Origin: Vicugna vicugna
Taxonomy: Eukaryota
Reading direction: 5' to 3'
Assembly: GCA_013265495.1 (NCBI GenBank)
Contig: MU057487.1
Coordinates: forward strand, 868,001 to 932,000
Length of the DNA: 64,000 nucleotides
Part shown: positions 13,501 through 28,500 of the stretch, in pieces
Layout: every line of letters begins with the position of its first letter
How positions within the stretch are numbered: the first letter of the stretch is position 1
Notes under the pieces: generated by a model
Told to the model about the DNA's origin: nothing
Database searches by the model: none
What the model saw: the letters and a program-made list of their open reading frames with translations, nothing else
Made by a program: the position numbers and the translations under genes

Positions 13501-16500
13501 TTCCTTCTGGCAAAGAAAGCGACAGCCAAATGGAGTAGAAAGCTGACTGAAACATAATTCAGAAGTTGACCCCAAATTAGAGCCATTAGCCAAGATTGTT
13601 CTTCTTTTACCAGGCATTTCTATTTTAATATTTGTATTTCTAGATGAACTCTAATACGATTTTTTAATTCCCCTCAAACCATGCCAAAAAATTGTTTTCT
13701 TTCTGATTATCTTGAATATATTGATTAATTAATTTAAGGGAAACTAACACCTTTATAATACTGAACTTGTATGCAAGTAAAGGCCATTTCTTTCTATTTA
13801 TTCATGAACTCTTCTATGTTTCACAGAAAAGATTGAAAGTTTTCTCCATAGAAATTGATAGTTATTGTGAGTTAGATTTTTTCTTTATTTAGATTTCAAA
13901 CAGGATATTATTTTTAAAAGGATGCTATTAATTTTTGTTTGTGAATTATATAAGCAGGCATTGAAATTCTTTTTTCTTTCTAAATACTTTTCAGATGCTT
14001 CTCTTGAAAACATATCCATTTATGAATTTTTTACCATGTATATTTCTGGAGTACCCTCAGCAAAACTACATACAGAAAAAGTGGTGTGTGTGTGTGTGTG
14101 CGTTTGTGCTATATTTGTAGTGGAACAGACTATGACAGACTACAGTATGTAAACATTACATGGTACTAAAGAAGAAATTAATTCCATTGCAAAGATATTG
14201 AAGGCTTTGAAGTGAATCAGTAACAGAAATCTTAAATATGGGCCTCTTTCAGTTTTATAGTATCTCCTGGGAATTTTAAAGATGTCTTTATAGTTTACAT
14301 AATTTTCAGGAATAACATCTTATGATATCTTAGTGACCAGTACTCATGCTGTAGGGGTAATATAAAATTTGTAATTTTCCACAAAATCCATCATCTAAGC
14401 AATTGAGTGTTTGAGGAAGTACTATGAATGAGGAATAGTAAAATATTTTATTTCATATGGTTGTTTAAGGCTCAATTTTGCTGATGATGTATCATAATTA
14501 ATGTAACCAATCTCCTACTGATAATGATTTGTGGTCATTCAAATCATTAGTTTTATAAACAGTGTTGAATTTTTTAAAAAAATCTGTGTATGTAATTTTC
14601 TGAACATATATATACATATATTAGATAAATTCTTGGAAGTAGAACTATTGGGTCTGTGGGCACATGCAGTTTTAATTTTGGCATATATTGTCAAATTGCC
14701 CTCCATTGAGTTTGTGTAAATTTATCTTCTTTTGTCTATACTCCCTTAAATGACAGTGAGTTATCGCATTTCTTGGTTTTTCATATTTCTTGATTTCAAT
14801 CTGAATGCTACAAGGATTTATTTATATTTAACTTATCATTAGTGAGATTTAAACATGTTTTTATATATTTTATATATTCTCCTTTTATATTTCCTTCTTT
14901 GAAAAAAATTTTAAGTGCTTTTCTCATTTTTCTGTTGGAATTAGTTGGTATTTTTTTTCAAATTGATGTGTAGATTATCATATATTAAAGAAAAGTTTTT
15001 CTCTTTTCATTTTTTTCCGAGTATCTTTGATAATGAGTGGGTTATGAATGAATGACTAAATGTCTGAAGGAAGTAATGAAGGCATGTACTAGGACAGGGA
15101 CTTTGTGTCATTCTTTTTTTTATTGAAGAATAATTTACATATAGCAAAAAGCACAGATATAAGCTGATGAGTCTTGATAAGTGCATGTACCAGTGTGACC
15201 ACACCCTTTACAAGATAGAGAACATTTCTGTCACCCAGGAAATATCCCTCAGGCTATTTCCATTCAATTCCCCATCCCATAACCATTGTTCTCATTTCCA
15301 TCACAATTAACTACTTTTGTCTGTTCTAGAACTTCATGAAATTGGAAAACTGTAAATAGTCCTTTGGCACCAGTATCTTTAGCTCAACATAATGTTTTAT
15401 AAGATACATCTATGTTACTGCTATTCCTTTTTTATATGCTGAGTATTATTCCATGGTATAAAATCTTGGTGTATAGCTTTAGATTTTAATTGGCATCATG
15501 TTAAACTTGGGGTGTATTGGCATCTTACCAAAACAGTTTTCTGGTCCATGAACGCAGTATATTTTTAATTTCTCTTAACAATGTTTTATGCCTTCAATGT
15601 ACAGATTTTACAAATAGTTTATTAAATTTATACTTAAGTATTTTATTTTATTTTTATAGAAGCTCCTTTTAGGACTAAGAATACACATGAATTATATTAT
15701 TTGATATCTGTATGCATTTCCTAGGGCTGCTGTTAGCAAATTACTACAAACTGGGGGGCTTGAAACAACAAAAATGTATTGTCTCACAGTTCTGGAGGGC
15801 AGAAGTCCAAAATCAAGGTTTGATCAGGGCCACATCTCCTTTGAAGTCCCTGCAACAGAATCTTTCCTTGTCTCTGCTAGCTATTGGCGGCTCCTAGGGT
15901 TTCTTGCCTTGTAGGAGCATAACTCTGCCGATGTCTGCCCATGTCTTCACATGGCTTTCTTTCTGTGTATCTGTGTCTTCTCCTTTTCTCTTTTAAAGAT
16001 GCTTACCACTGGATTGAGGGCCCGCTCTAATCCAGTTTGATCTCATCTTGGGATCCTTACTGATTATAGCTGCAAACATCCTTGTGTCAAATAAGGTTAC
16101 ATTCTGAGGTTTTGAGTAGATATATTTCTTTTTTTAGGGGGTGTTCACTCTTCCACCCACTACAATATCATACCATGGGTCACTTAGCCTCTGTTCAATT
16201 TTTTCTGTATTCTTTGCTTCCATTTAGATTATTTTCACATTTACTAATCTTTTCTTCTAAATTTGACAATGTTTAAGTCCATACAGGAATGTCTCATTTC
16301 ACTTACAGTCAGATCTAGAATTTCATTTTATATAGTTCAGTTTCCTGTTAATATTCATCATTTGTCCTTTCATTATGTCAACCTTTTCCCTCAGATCTTT
16401 AACACATTTTTTAATAGCTATTTTAAAGTCCTTTTGCTAAGCTCAGTATCTATGTCAGCTATGGGATTATTTATATTGACTTTTTTCTCAAGTGCTGTTT

Positions 16501-19500
16501 GTATAGTATGACGCCCATTAAATCTGCTACGTTACAAAGACTCTAGATTACGCTGTCTTCATCAAAAGAATGTGGAATTTTGTTCTGGCAGACAATTTAT
16601 TTACAGTTTAGCTTAATCCTATCAAGACTTGGTTCTAAGCTTTCTTCAGTCAGGTCTAGAGTTTCTATTACTCTAGGGTTAGGGTAGTTCTACTCTTAAA
16701 GAATAGCCTTGTTTGAATTTCAACTGAATGTCCTGTGTTTTCATTAAATTTTGTTCATTTCACCAATGTCTCTCAGTGCTGTGCAACCTTCGGAATCTCC
16801 ATTAAACTCACAATCTTCCAGTAATTGTTTACCAGGCATTGTTAAGTATTTGTACAAACGAAATTTAGCATTCGGCTACATACTCAAGTGGATCCCTATG
16901 CATGTTTCTGAGTTCTTTGCTCCTCAGATGCCTCCTCTGTGGTACCCTGCCTCACAATTTTAATTATCTCAGAAGCCTCAAATTCTAGTCTTTGCTTCCT
17001 GAACCTGACAGCACAGCTGTTCACTGTTCAGACTCTATTTCCCTGTGCCACAGGTGAGAAGGTGCTCACAGGCAGAAATCTGGGGAAGTGGAGAAATCAT
17101 CTTGATTGTTGCCCTTCTCTCAAGGGTCACAGTCCTGGGCTGGCAGTTGGCCAATGGCTGGAAGCAGTTGCTTTATGTGTTTTGTCCAATTTTGTCATTT
17201 TTTTATGGTGTGAAAATAAATCGTGGTCATTATTCTGTCATGGCTGGAATTGGGATTTCCCTGTGTCATTCTCTTGTGTTCCCTTAATACATGTTTGATG
17301 AGTTAATTAACATCCAGCACATATCTATTTGTATCCCTTCCAGTGGTACTTATATTACCTGTTAATTACAAAATAATGAATGTAGAAATTAAGCATTAAA
17401 AAATATACTCACATATAATATTAAACAGAGAAGAAGTCAAAGTTTGTGGTGTTAATTGTGTCATTCAAGTGGCACTGAGTGAAGGAGAAATTATCCAGTT
17501 GTTGTATATTCTTTTAGCAATCATTGGTTGCTCAGAATATGCATTACTCTATGCAAGTCATATACTATTATAGTTTTTTTAGGACCAGAACATTTCCCAG
17601 AAGCCTGTGATGTTGGTTTTCAGCTCATTAAAAAAACACAAATTGACCTGTTCCTTTGGGTATTTTATAGAGGGTTATAACTAAACAACACAGTCGGCAA
17701 TAACTATGCATTCCATATATTTCAACTTAAACATAGTATTTTTCATATTCAGCTAGCAAGCAAATTCTTTTAAGTCATGCTGCACCTAAGAAGGAGCAAG
17801 AATTTTACATTAAGAAGAAATCTGCCCAGGGAAGTCAGAAATACTATAAAAGACTTGGAAGTGCAATTGACACTGGTCAGCCTATTGTGGATGAGGAAAC
17901 GACCTGTGTACCCACCACAGAAGAAAACGCGAGCACGTCACAGCAGGTATTTCACGTTAAAAAGAATTGCTCAATAATACTGCTCCTAAAAATGTAACAT
18001 ACGTTGCAACAATTACTTCCCTAAAAATTGTCAATGTATATAATACTTTCTATATCTAATGCCGCTAGTATATACCCAGAACTGAAGAATTAAACATTAC
18101 GAAAATTCTCTCTGTGCCAAGATTTTAAAATACGTGGCAGATTTACACTAACCCTATAATGTAGATGTGATCATCTTACGTTATATGTGAGTTAAGACGT
18201 TATGAAACTTTCAAAAAGGTCACATATAAATAAAAACTGAGTTGTAAGTGCCTTAAATTGAAGAAATATAGGACAATGCATATAACTTAAAGCAGCAAAA
18301 GAAAACATGATCTATTCATTGGAAACCAAGAAAATTAATTAATTAACTAATTAGTTAGTTAAAAGAAATAAAAGTGGAATGCCAGAAATGTCCTAATATG
18401 ACAGTAATTAGAATAAACACAAATGGATTATTAATCAGTTAAAAGGGTAATATTTTAAAGTTAAGTTTAAAGAATAAGATCCAACTCTAAATAGTCTAAA
18501 AGTGACATTTTTTAAAGAAAATGGCACAGAAAGTTTAAACTCCAACCAGGAGAGAGCTGTGATGATATCTTAATATCTCAGTAATAGAATTCATGGGGGA
18601 TATTATATAAAGATAAAAGGAAGTAAGTAAATATGACCATGACTAACATATCGCACCTCACTGCCCAGACTCAGTACGTAAAAAGCAAAAACTATTAGAA
18701 CTACAGAGAAAATTAATTAGTTAACAAGTAATAGTTGGCTGTTAATAAGAATATGGACAGCCACCTTTCAGAAGCTAGTAGATCAAGTTGAAAAAAAAAT
18801 ACATTTGATCATTAGGATTTGAAATATTAGGCATAAGCTTAATCCTTCAGATACCCATATAGAACACTTCGCCTAATAAAAAAATATACTTTTTCATAGA
18901 ACACATAGGAAGCCTCAATAAAAACCAAACTATATTGTATAAAGGTTATCTTAACATAAGACAATAATATAAATATTAATAATTAACAGCCTACAATCCC
19001 ATAAATGTGGAAACAAAGTAAAATGTACTAAATAATACTTTAGTTTAAAAAATCATTCAAAAAGTAATTATGAACTACAAAGGATTCAATAAAAATAAAA
19101 AAGCTACAAATCAAAATTTGTTAACCGTCTAAAGTAGTGTTCAGTAGAATGTTTACTTTTAAATTAATTCATCAGAAAATATAAATGATTAAAACAACTG
19201 AACTAAGCTATTGAAACAAACAGATAGGAAAAAGAGTAAAAGCATAACTCAAAATAAGAGGAAAAGGTTTTAATACAAATGAGGATAGAAATCAATGAAA
19301 TGGAGAACAAAATTTAGGAAGATTAATAAACCTTAAATGTTTTTTAAGATTAATACAGTTGACATGCTTCTTGTTTGACCTATCAAGTAAGAAACAGAAA
19401 AAAAATATAAATGAATCAAATACAGAACAAAACAGTAGAGTGGAGATATAAATGCAAACACCAGGCTTTAAGAAAAATTTTATTTATGGTATACAACTCT

Positions 19501-22500
19501 ATGCTAGCCAATTTAAAACTTAGAAAAATTGTTTTAAATGTAAAGTTCCTGGAGTAGGAGGAGGAATGGCATAGCTGTTCCACCAGAAAATAGAAAATAG
19601 GAAATAATAAGAATAATAGGAATAAATAAGAGTAATAAAACTGAAATGATCAAGTCTTACCTTTCCAAAAAGCCATAGGCCTAAATGGCTTTACAGGCTG
19701 TCCTGTGAAAGTCTAACAGACTTTTGAGGAGTAGATTGTTCCAAAAAACAGAAAAACAATACAAACCTTCCAGTTCTTTTTAAGAGATTAATGTAACTCT
19801 GATTCTAAAACTTGATAAGTAACAAAAGTAAAATAAATAAATTTCATTTACAAACATGAATGCAAAAAACTGTAAATACTAGAATATGTGACTGTAGATA
19901 TTGGTGGCGATGTGAGGATAAACTTTCATAGACTATGGTATTACAGAATTTTGGAAACTATCTGACAGCATTTCATTAAATTACTATTGTCTGATCTAGA
20001 AAATATGCATGTATTATGTGCCTAAAACAATAAATTGTTAGGCACACACTGTGTTGATCAGTGATGTTTGTGTTTAAACGCTGCACTTTATTTCACAGGT
20101 ATACAAGTATATCATACAGTGTTCAGTGTTGTATAACAGTTGGCCTCTCACTGAAAGTCAATTGATGTTTGTTCAAGCACTAAAAGACTTAGAGAAAAAT
20201 GATAGCAAAGGTATGTCACCCTAAATGCTTTTCATGTGTTTCATATCTTACACAAATATTTAACAGTAAATTTGTTATGTAATTATTAAAACATTGTTGC
20301 TTGCAGCTTGTTCTTAAGTGTACTGGCAGTTCCTGTTCTGCTCATTGATTACATGCCTCAAAATCTTTAGTGTTTTGTTTCTAAAAGGGAAAAATACCTG
20401 ATTGTTTAGGCCTAGTTTAAACAAATTGTTGTCCAGTTGGGTAAAATTACTTGATGACTCTCTAAGAAATGTACAGGAAACTCTTCTAGTTATAAAATTA
20501 TATGTGTCCAAGTTGTTGAGAAAATGAACCCTAAAGGTGAGTTTTTAAAATATTTAAAGGATAGAGAATATCCTACTGAAAGAGGATTCAGGTTTATGTT
20601 TACAAAATATTAACTACTCTCAATATTCCTGAGCAGAAAATGATAGTTTGATGATTTAGATTAAAAAAAAATTCAAATAGTCTCTACTCCTAAGCTTTAT
20701 ATCACATTACTCAATAAAATAATTAAATCTAAAGGATTGGGTATTTTTGATGTATATTCTTTTCAAATTTTAAGCAAGATTGCCTAATCATAAAAGTGAA
20801 CATAAATACATCATTTTCAAAATAAAACTATACAGTACAAAAGAGCATAATACTACACCAAAAGCTGGGGAGGATGCAGAATAACAGGAATTCTCATACA
20901 CTGGTGGTGGGAATACAAAATGGTACAGCCAATTTGGAATACAGTTTTTTGGTTTCTTATGAAACTAAAAATACGCTTACTATTGTGAAATAAAATTCAC
21001 ATTTCATGACAAGACCAGACAAACTTAAACATAAAACCTTTTCTCTGCCTTTTGGCCTCCTACCTCCTCTCTCCTGTGCGTTGCGTTGTGTATCTATCTG
21101 CCTTATGTGCCTACCAGACGTCCCCCATCAGCAGAAATACGTTCTCAACTGTAAAAAGCAACATTCTCTTAGCATGAACAAGACAAACCCTTAAAAGACA
21201 GCATTCCTTTTTGATTTGTAAGGGGCCACTATGACACTTAGATCTGGATTGTGTATGCTGTCAATAATATGTCATTTAGTGCACAGCCCCCCATCTTAAA
21301 AGCTGTATGTAACTGTCCCCTGACTTCTCATGGATGGAAGAGCTCTTGGAGCTTTCTGAGATGCTGTTCCTGAGTTCTAATCCTTAATTTGGCTAGAATA
21401 AAATTTTCCATTTCTCTCTTAGATCGACTGATTAATTTTTTTGTCGACACTATAAAATCCAGTAATTGTGCTCTTTAATATTTACTCAGAAAAGTTGAAA
21501 GCTGAGAGTTCTGGTTTAAGATGATGATATAGGATGCTCCTGAACTTAACCTCCTCCCACAGACACAGATACAGAAAGAGCAATTGCTTCTTAAAGAAAC
21601 CCAGAACCTAGCTGATTAACTCCTACACATCAGGCAAATGAGAAAAAACTCATACCAAGACGTGTCTGAAAGATCGAGATACACGCTCGCCATAAACCCC
21701 ACACCCAGAACGGCAAAATACAGTTGGAAAGGAAATCTCAACTCCCAAAGCAAAGGATTTGGACCAAACATCTAGTGCCCCCCCCCTTTAAAACTTCCAC
21801 CTGAGTGAGTGGTACCCAAAACACCTAGCTCTAAAAGACAATAGGGCTTGTGTCCACAAGACCCACAGGACTATTTGCAAACAAAGAGACAGCTCTTAAT
21901 AGGCTTACAAGGATGTTGTGGCCTCCAGGGCTCAGTGCAGAGAGAGCAGGCAGAAACGCCTATGGCCTTTTTCTTCCCTGAAAGAGGTTTTTTGCTTACT
22001 TTAAAAGCTGCTGCCTGAAGGTCTGGCTTCCAATCCAGTATTTTTAAAATTTGATACTATCCACAGCCATCTCTAGGTTCATTGCAGTCCCTATCAAAAT
22101 TTCAGTGGCATTTCTCACAGAAAAAATAAAATCCTAAAATTCAGATAGAACTACAAAATATTCTGAATAACCAAAGCAATCTTAAGAAAAACAAAAGTCT
22201 TGTGGTTACCAAGGGGGTGGAGGGTGGGAAGGGATAGACTGGGATTTCAAAATTGTAGAATAGATAAACAAGATTACACTGTATAGCACAGGGAAATATA
22301 CACAAAATGTTATGTGACAATGAGTGTGTATATGTCCATGAGTGACTGAAAAATTGTGCTGAACACTGGAATTTGACACAACATTGTAAAATGATTATAA
22401 ATCAATAAAAAATGTTAAAAAAAAAGAAAAACAAAAGTCTGAAGACATTGAAAATCCTAATTTCAAACATATGGTAAACAAAATAATATGGTTTGGCATA

Positions 22501-25500
22501 AAAACAGACACATAGACCAATGGACAGAATCAAGAAACTGGAGATAAACACTCTCCTATATGGACAGTTAATTTGTAACAGTGGAACCAAGAATATACAA
22601 CAGGGTAAGTATAGTCTCTTCAATAAATGGCGCTGGGAAAACCAGACAGCCACATGCAAAGGAATGAAACCTGACCCCCATCTTACGCTATACACAAAAA
22701 TCAATTCAAAATGGATTAAAGACTTGAAATCATAAAACCTTTAGAAGAAAACATAGGGAATAAAACCCTTGACATTAGTCTTGGCAATGATTTTCTTTGG
22801 ATTTGATACCAAAAGCATAAGCAACAAAAGCAAAAATAAACAGGTAAGATTGCTTCAAACTAAAAAGCTTCTGCACAGCAAAGGAATCCATCAATAAAAC
22901 AAAAAACAACTTATGGAATTGGAGAAGGTATTTGCAAACCATTTATCTGATAAAAAGTTAATATCCAAAATATATAAAGAATTCACACAACTCAATATCA
23001 AAAAAAGATCAATCCATTTAAAAAACATACCTGAATAGACATTTTTCCAAGAAAGACATACAAATGACAGACACACAAAAAAATGCTCAACGTGACTACT
23101 AATTTAGGAAATGAAATTCAAAACCACAAGGAGATATCACCTCACATTTCTTAGAATGGTTGTTACCAAAAAGATAGGAGATGCCAGGTATTGGTGAGAA
23201 TATGGAGAAATACTGTTAACAGAAATGTGGCTACACTATGGAAAACAGTATGAAGATTTCTCAAAAAATTAAAACTAGAACTACCAAATGATCTAAGAAT
23301 TTCGCTTCTGAATGTGTATATCAAGGAAATGAAATCAATGTCTTCAAGAGATATCTGCACCTTCATGTTCACTGCAGCATTATTTACAATGGCCAAGACA
23401 TGGAAACAACCTAAGCACCTATTGGTGGATGCAAGGATAAAGAAATTGTGGTATGTATACACAATGGAATATTATTCAGCCATAAAAAGAAGGAAAATCA
23501 TGTTGCAGCAACATGAACGCTTGATAAAAGAAAATAAGTCAGACAGAGAAAAACAAATGCTGCATGATCTCATTTGTATGTGGAATCTGAAATAACAGAA
23601 CTCACAGAAACATAGAACATATTGGTGGTTGCCAGAGAGGTGGCCAGGGAGTATAGAAAAAGGGCAAATGTCCTCAACAGGTACAAAATTCCAGTCATAA
23701 GATAAATAGGTCCTGAGGATGTAATGTACAGCTTGTTTGTTTCTCAAGTTCAAATTGTCTAACACAGGTGGAATTTCAATACCTGAACACAGTAGCGTAA
23801 TTTAAAATGTAGATCTGGAATAATGTAAAATGTAGATCCTGGTTTGGGTACAAAATTGATAATATGAATTCAGTTTTTAACAGGAAGTTAACATTAAATG
23901 GAGAAATATAGCCTAGTGGCTAAACTACTGTATATTCAACTACCTGAAACTGGGTTATTACCTGCAAAATTAGAATAACTCCTGTATTATATAGCAATGC
24001 CTCTCTTTCAAAGTTGTTGTAAAGTTTCAAAATAATATATATATAAAGTTCCTAGAACCTATTAATACTTGAAAAAATGGTTTTATCATTATTGTGTATT
24101 CCAAATAGAAAATTAAGTCTTTAGGAATAATTATATGTCTTCTTTTTTGACATTACATTTGACAATTTTATGTGTGAATGAGCAGCTGCTGAAAAATAAA
24201 TGATACCTTGCATCACTTAATATAATTTTTTGCTTAAAGTAGCAAAGAAATTCAGGATTGAATTGTATTTTAAGTGCACTAGGAAAATTTTCCATTTGAA
24301 AGAATATGTTGGCCAATCTTTTTGAAAGTTAAGTGGCTTTTGAATTCTCTAATTTCATGTTTATAAATGTGTTTTTTTAGGTAGCCAATTTGTTTAAATT
24401 AAAACATATCAATATGACCACTTTTGTCAAATATATTTACAACTTATAAACTTTAACCTTAGAAGTGTGATATATTTTAGAAAAATTAAGTTATAAATGT
24501 CCTCAAATTATCACCTTAGCTTACTTTTCAATTATAAATACTTTACATCAAAAAAAATCATGTGTTTTTTATGAATACACCAGACTAATTTAAAATTTTA
24601 TGTAAATTAAATAGAAATGTTGCCCTATTTTCTGATTTAAACTCAACATTTAATTTCTATGAGAAATAAAATATATAATTTAATTTTTCTCCAAAAAATT
24701 ATATCTTTATAACATATGACAAAATGTAAGGCTTGAAACATGGCCATGTACAACCTAGAATATTTCTATTATAAAATTTTAGAAAGTTTGGCATCTGGTT
24801 AACATGAGGCAACAGTGCCACCTTTAGTATATTTCAATACCTAAGTTTTAGTACAAATTGCTTACTTTCACTTAAGGAAGTAGAAATTGGAGAATCTTGA
24901 GCAGGTAGTACTTGCTCAAGATTCCATTTGCCTTCATATATAATTTGCAGTGTTGTTATTTTGAAGTTCTTTTTTTTTTAACATTTTTATTGATTTATAA
25001 TCATTTTACAATGTTGTGTCAAATTCCAGTGTTCAGCACAATTTTTCAGTCATTCATGGACATATACACACTCATTGTCACATTTTTTTTTCTGTGAGTT
25101 ATCATAACATTTTGTGTATACTTCCCTGTGCTATACAATATAATCTTTTTTATCTATTCTACAATTTTGAAATCCCAGTTTGTCCCTTCCCACCCTCTGC
25201 CCCCCTGGCAACCACAAGTCTGTATTCTCTGTCTATGAGTCTATTTCTGTCCTGTATTTACGCTTTGTTTTTGTTTGTTTTTTTTTTTTTTTTTGTTTTT
25301 ATAGTTTCCCTTCTCACTCCCTCTGGGTTTTTTTTTTACCATGTTTTGGCTATTGTAAATGGTGCTGCTATGAACATTGGGGTGCAGGTGTCATCCTGAA
25401 GTAGGGTTCCTTCTGAATATATGCCCAGGAGTGGGATTCCTGGCTCGTATGGTGAGTCTATTCCTAGTCTTTTGAGGAATCTCCATACTGTTTTCCACAG

Positions 25501-28500
25501 TGGCTGCACCAAACTGCATTCCCACCAGCAGTGTAGGAGGGTTCCCCTTTCTCCACAGCCTCTCCAGTTTCTGTGGCTTATCATTTCCACCCTTATGCCT
25601 CATTCTTCTCTCATTTAAGTAACCTTATTTTGTTTTCTGTGGTCTCATTATTTTCATTTTTCTGCTCACAAGTTAAATCACTTTTTACTTTGCCGGCTCC
25701 TCACACTCAGGAGCTGATTAGCTTAGAATGGAATCTCACCTTCCTCCACAGAGCTTTTCGATATTTCATACTCTTATGACAGTGTCTCCAGGCAACTGTG
25801 AGAGACCTGGCCTATGTGAATTCTCCATTCTCTCAGGACTCTGCCGCAGACAAACTGCATGCACAGATAACTCAGGAGTTTCAAATAAGAAAAGAAATCC
25901 AGGAGGACATCAATGGAAATAGCAGAAAAAAGATTCAAAAAATTAACTCCTCTGTAAAAACAATGAAAAAACTGACGAGATGACCAGAATCAACTTTTCA
26001 GAACTCTGGAAATTAACAAAGGCTTTATTCAATAAAACAGCCATCTCTCTTTAAGAACAGTGAGTTTCATGGCATTTTTATTTGCCCCAGTCTCACCCCC
26101 TGGTCTTCAGCTCAGTAGCAGCCTTGAAAACTAACAGCCTATATTCCTAGTATAGCAAAATGGAACTGAATCTCTTCCAAAGCCTCATAAAAATCTGAAA
26201 AAATTTGTCACCAACAAACCTGCCCTATGAGAGATACTGAAGGAAGTCACTCATGCTGAAATAAAATGACACTAGGCAGTAATTTATATCCACATGAAGA
26301 AATAAAGTGCACCATAAAAGAAATTAAGAAATACATGGAGATGAATGGAAAACAATTAACAACATACCAAGACTTATGAGATGCAATGAAAGCAGTGCTA
26401 AGAGGGAAATTTATAGCTATAAATGCTTACATTTAAAATGAACAAAGATCTCTAATCAATAACTTAACCTTCCACCTTAAAAATCTAGAAAACTAGAAAA
26501 GAAAAAACAAACCAAGCCTAAAGTAGGCAGAAAGAAGAGAGTAACAAATGTTAAAGCAGAGATGAATCAATTCAATATCATACTGGAGGTAACAGCCAAG
26601 GTAATTAGGCAAGAAAATGAACTGAATGCATCCAGACCGGAAACAAATTAAATAGTAGTGATCATTACATAACTTCACGAATATACCAAAACCCACTGAC
26701 TTATACTGATGGTACATGAATTATTTCTCAATTGTATAAAAGAGAGTCACACAGATCTTTATTAAAGATCTGTTTGTTTGCTTGTTTAAAAAAAGAAAAT
26801 CAAATGCATTAGACTAACATTTTCTTTCACTTTCTTCTCTTTTTCTTATATGACGTGATTTTAATGTTGTATCATGACTCACTGGTTTCCTTTTTTTATG
26901 TTTTTCTAGCTCATGGAGAGAAACATGAGGAATTAATTACCTTGGGAAGCCCAGATTCCCACACTATTAGTGAGGGACAGAAATCTTCAGGAACTTCCAG
27001 AATAACAAGGAAAGGCAAAGAAAAGTCTTTGGAGAAAGAAAAGGCAGCCAAAGAAAAACAAGCACCTCGATTTGAGCCTCAGGTGGGTGCGATGCTTTTT
27101 CTTATTGGAGTCACTTAAATTTAGGTTCATGGGGTCCCTTTTTGCCCATCTCGTTTCAGGAAAAAGACAGTAAAAAATTCCATGTCCCTGTTTCCAGCAA
27201 TTATCTGGATACCTTAACAACATTCCTTGGACACCTTCTGTAAGGAGTCTTCCTTAGTTTAGTATCAAAAAGCATTAATTGACTTTTAATACTGAAGACA
27301 ATGTTCTGGGGACTTGGGGTTCCAATATTAATATTATGCAGTCCCTACCTTCAAAGAATTTGTAGTAATGGAGGAGACTGAAGGTAAACAGAGAGTTGTA
27401 ATGTTAGATATATTAGAAAGTACCACTTTTAGCCTCTGCCTAGAGGAGTCTTGTACTAAGTCAATGAATAAAGGCATGCTGAGGCAAAATCCAGCACAAT
27501 CTGGTTCTTTGAATCACTAACGTATGAGATATGAGGCAGGAAAGGTAAATAAGGGTCAAATAGAGGGGAGCCTTCAAGCCTGTTTAGAAGGCTGGGGGAA
27601 AAAAAAAAGGCGGCTGGGACTCTATCTTCAAGGCAAAGGTCCTGATTCCAGATTTTTTTCAGGTCCAGTTAGGTAATCTCAATGATTAGGGGTAAGGGTT
27701 ATTTTTAATGGAGGTACTGAGGATTGAACCCAGGACCTCGTGCATGCTAAGCACACATCTGCCACTGAACCATACCCTCCCCCACCATCATTTGTGTTCA
27801 CAACTTAGTCTATGCAGGGCTGAGAGGTGGGAGGTGGGGGCTTTAAAAAGTGTATAGATATGATCAGATTTATATTTCAGATAACCTGATAACTTATAAG
27901 GGTATGGAATTAAAGGGGAAATGACTAGAGATGGGAAAACCGTTCAAGAAAGCACTGTCATAATTCAGGCAAAAGAATACAAGCTGTATCAGATACAAAT
28001 CAAAGAAGAGAAGAAGAGAACAAATAAAGAACTATCTAGGAAACAAATGTGGTATGTAGTTATTGATCTAAAATGTATGATAAGGAGCAAGAAGGAATTC
28101 AAAGGCTAGCTCCCAACTTGAGTAACTACTCAAGATACTGGTAGCACTAGCAAAATAGATACTAAAGAAAAATTAACATATTAGGAGATGATGTCTCGGT
28201 TTCCCCTTACTACAGTATGGAAAAACCTGTCCTCTAGCATTTCCAAGATCTAATTTCCTGTTGTTGGAGTATACCCTTGGAAACATTGAGAAGTAAGTAA
28301 GCTTAATTCAACTTCCACTGGTGGCAGAAGAGAACTAAGGGGGTGGTGCCCAGACTGCTGCTCTTCTGTTTGTGTTGAAAACTCAGCTGATGCAGGCCAG
28401 TTCCAGTCCAAAGTCAATGCCAGGGAGAGGCAAGTTGCCACTGCTACAGAAGCAGTTTCAGTCTGCATCCTGTAATGCAAAGGGTCTCTGGGGAAAGCGG

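Noticed and set aside
17777..17977. ORF-track peptide [10 protein letters not shown]... as the exon product
   Set aside because: Wrong frame; splice phase and homology support [17 protein letters not shown].
26751..26773. 10-bp inverted repeat ACAGATCTTT-att-AAAGATCTGT
   Set aside because: A short AT-rich hairpin with no recognisable RNA family or context; plausible by chance in 64 kb.
27702..27783. Possible tRNA-Ala(AGC) gene on the minus strand
   Set aside because: The D-arm is degenerate, there is an A tail, and a second diverged copy lies at 51441-51573. This is a tRNA-derived SINE, not a functional tRNA.
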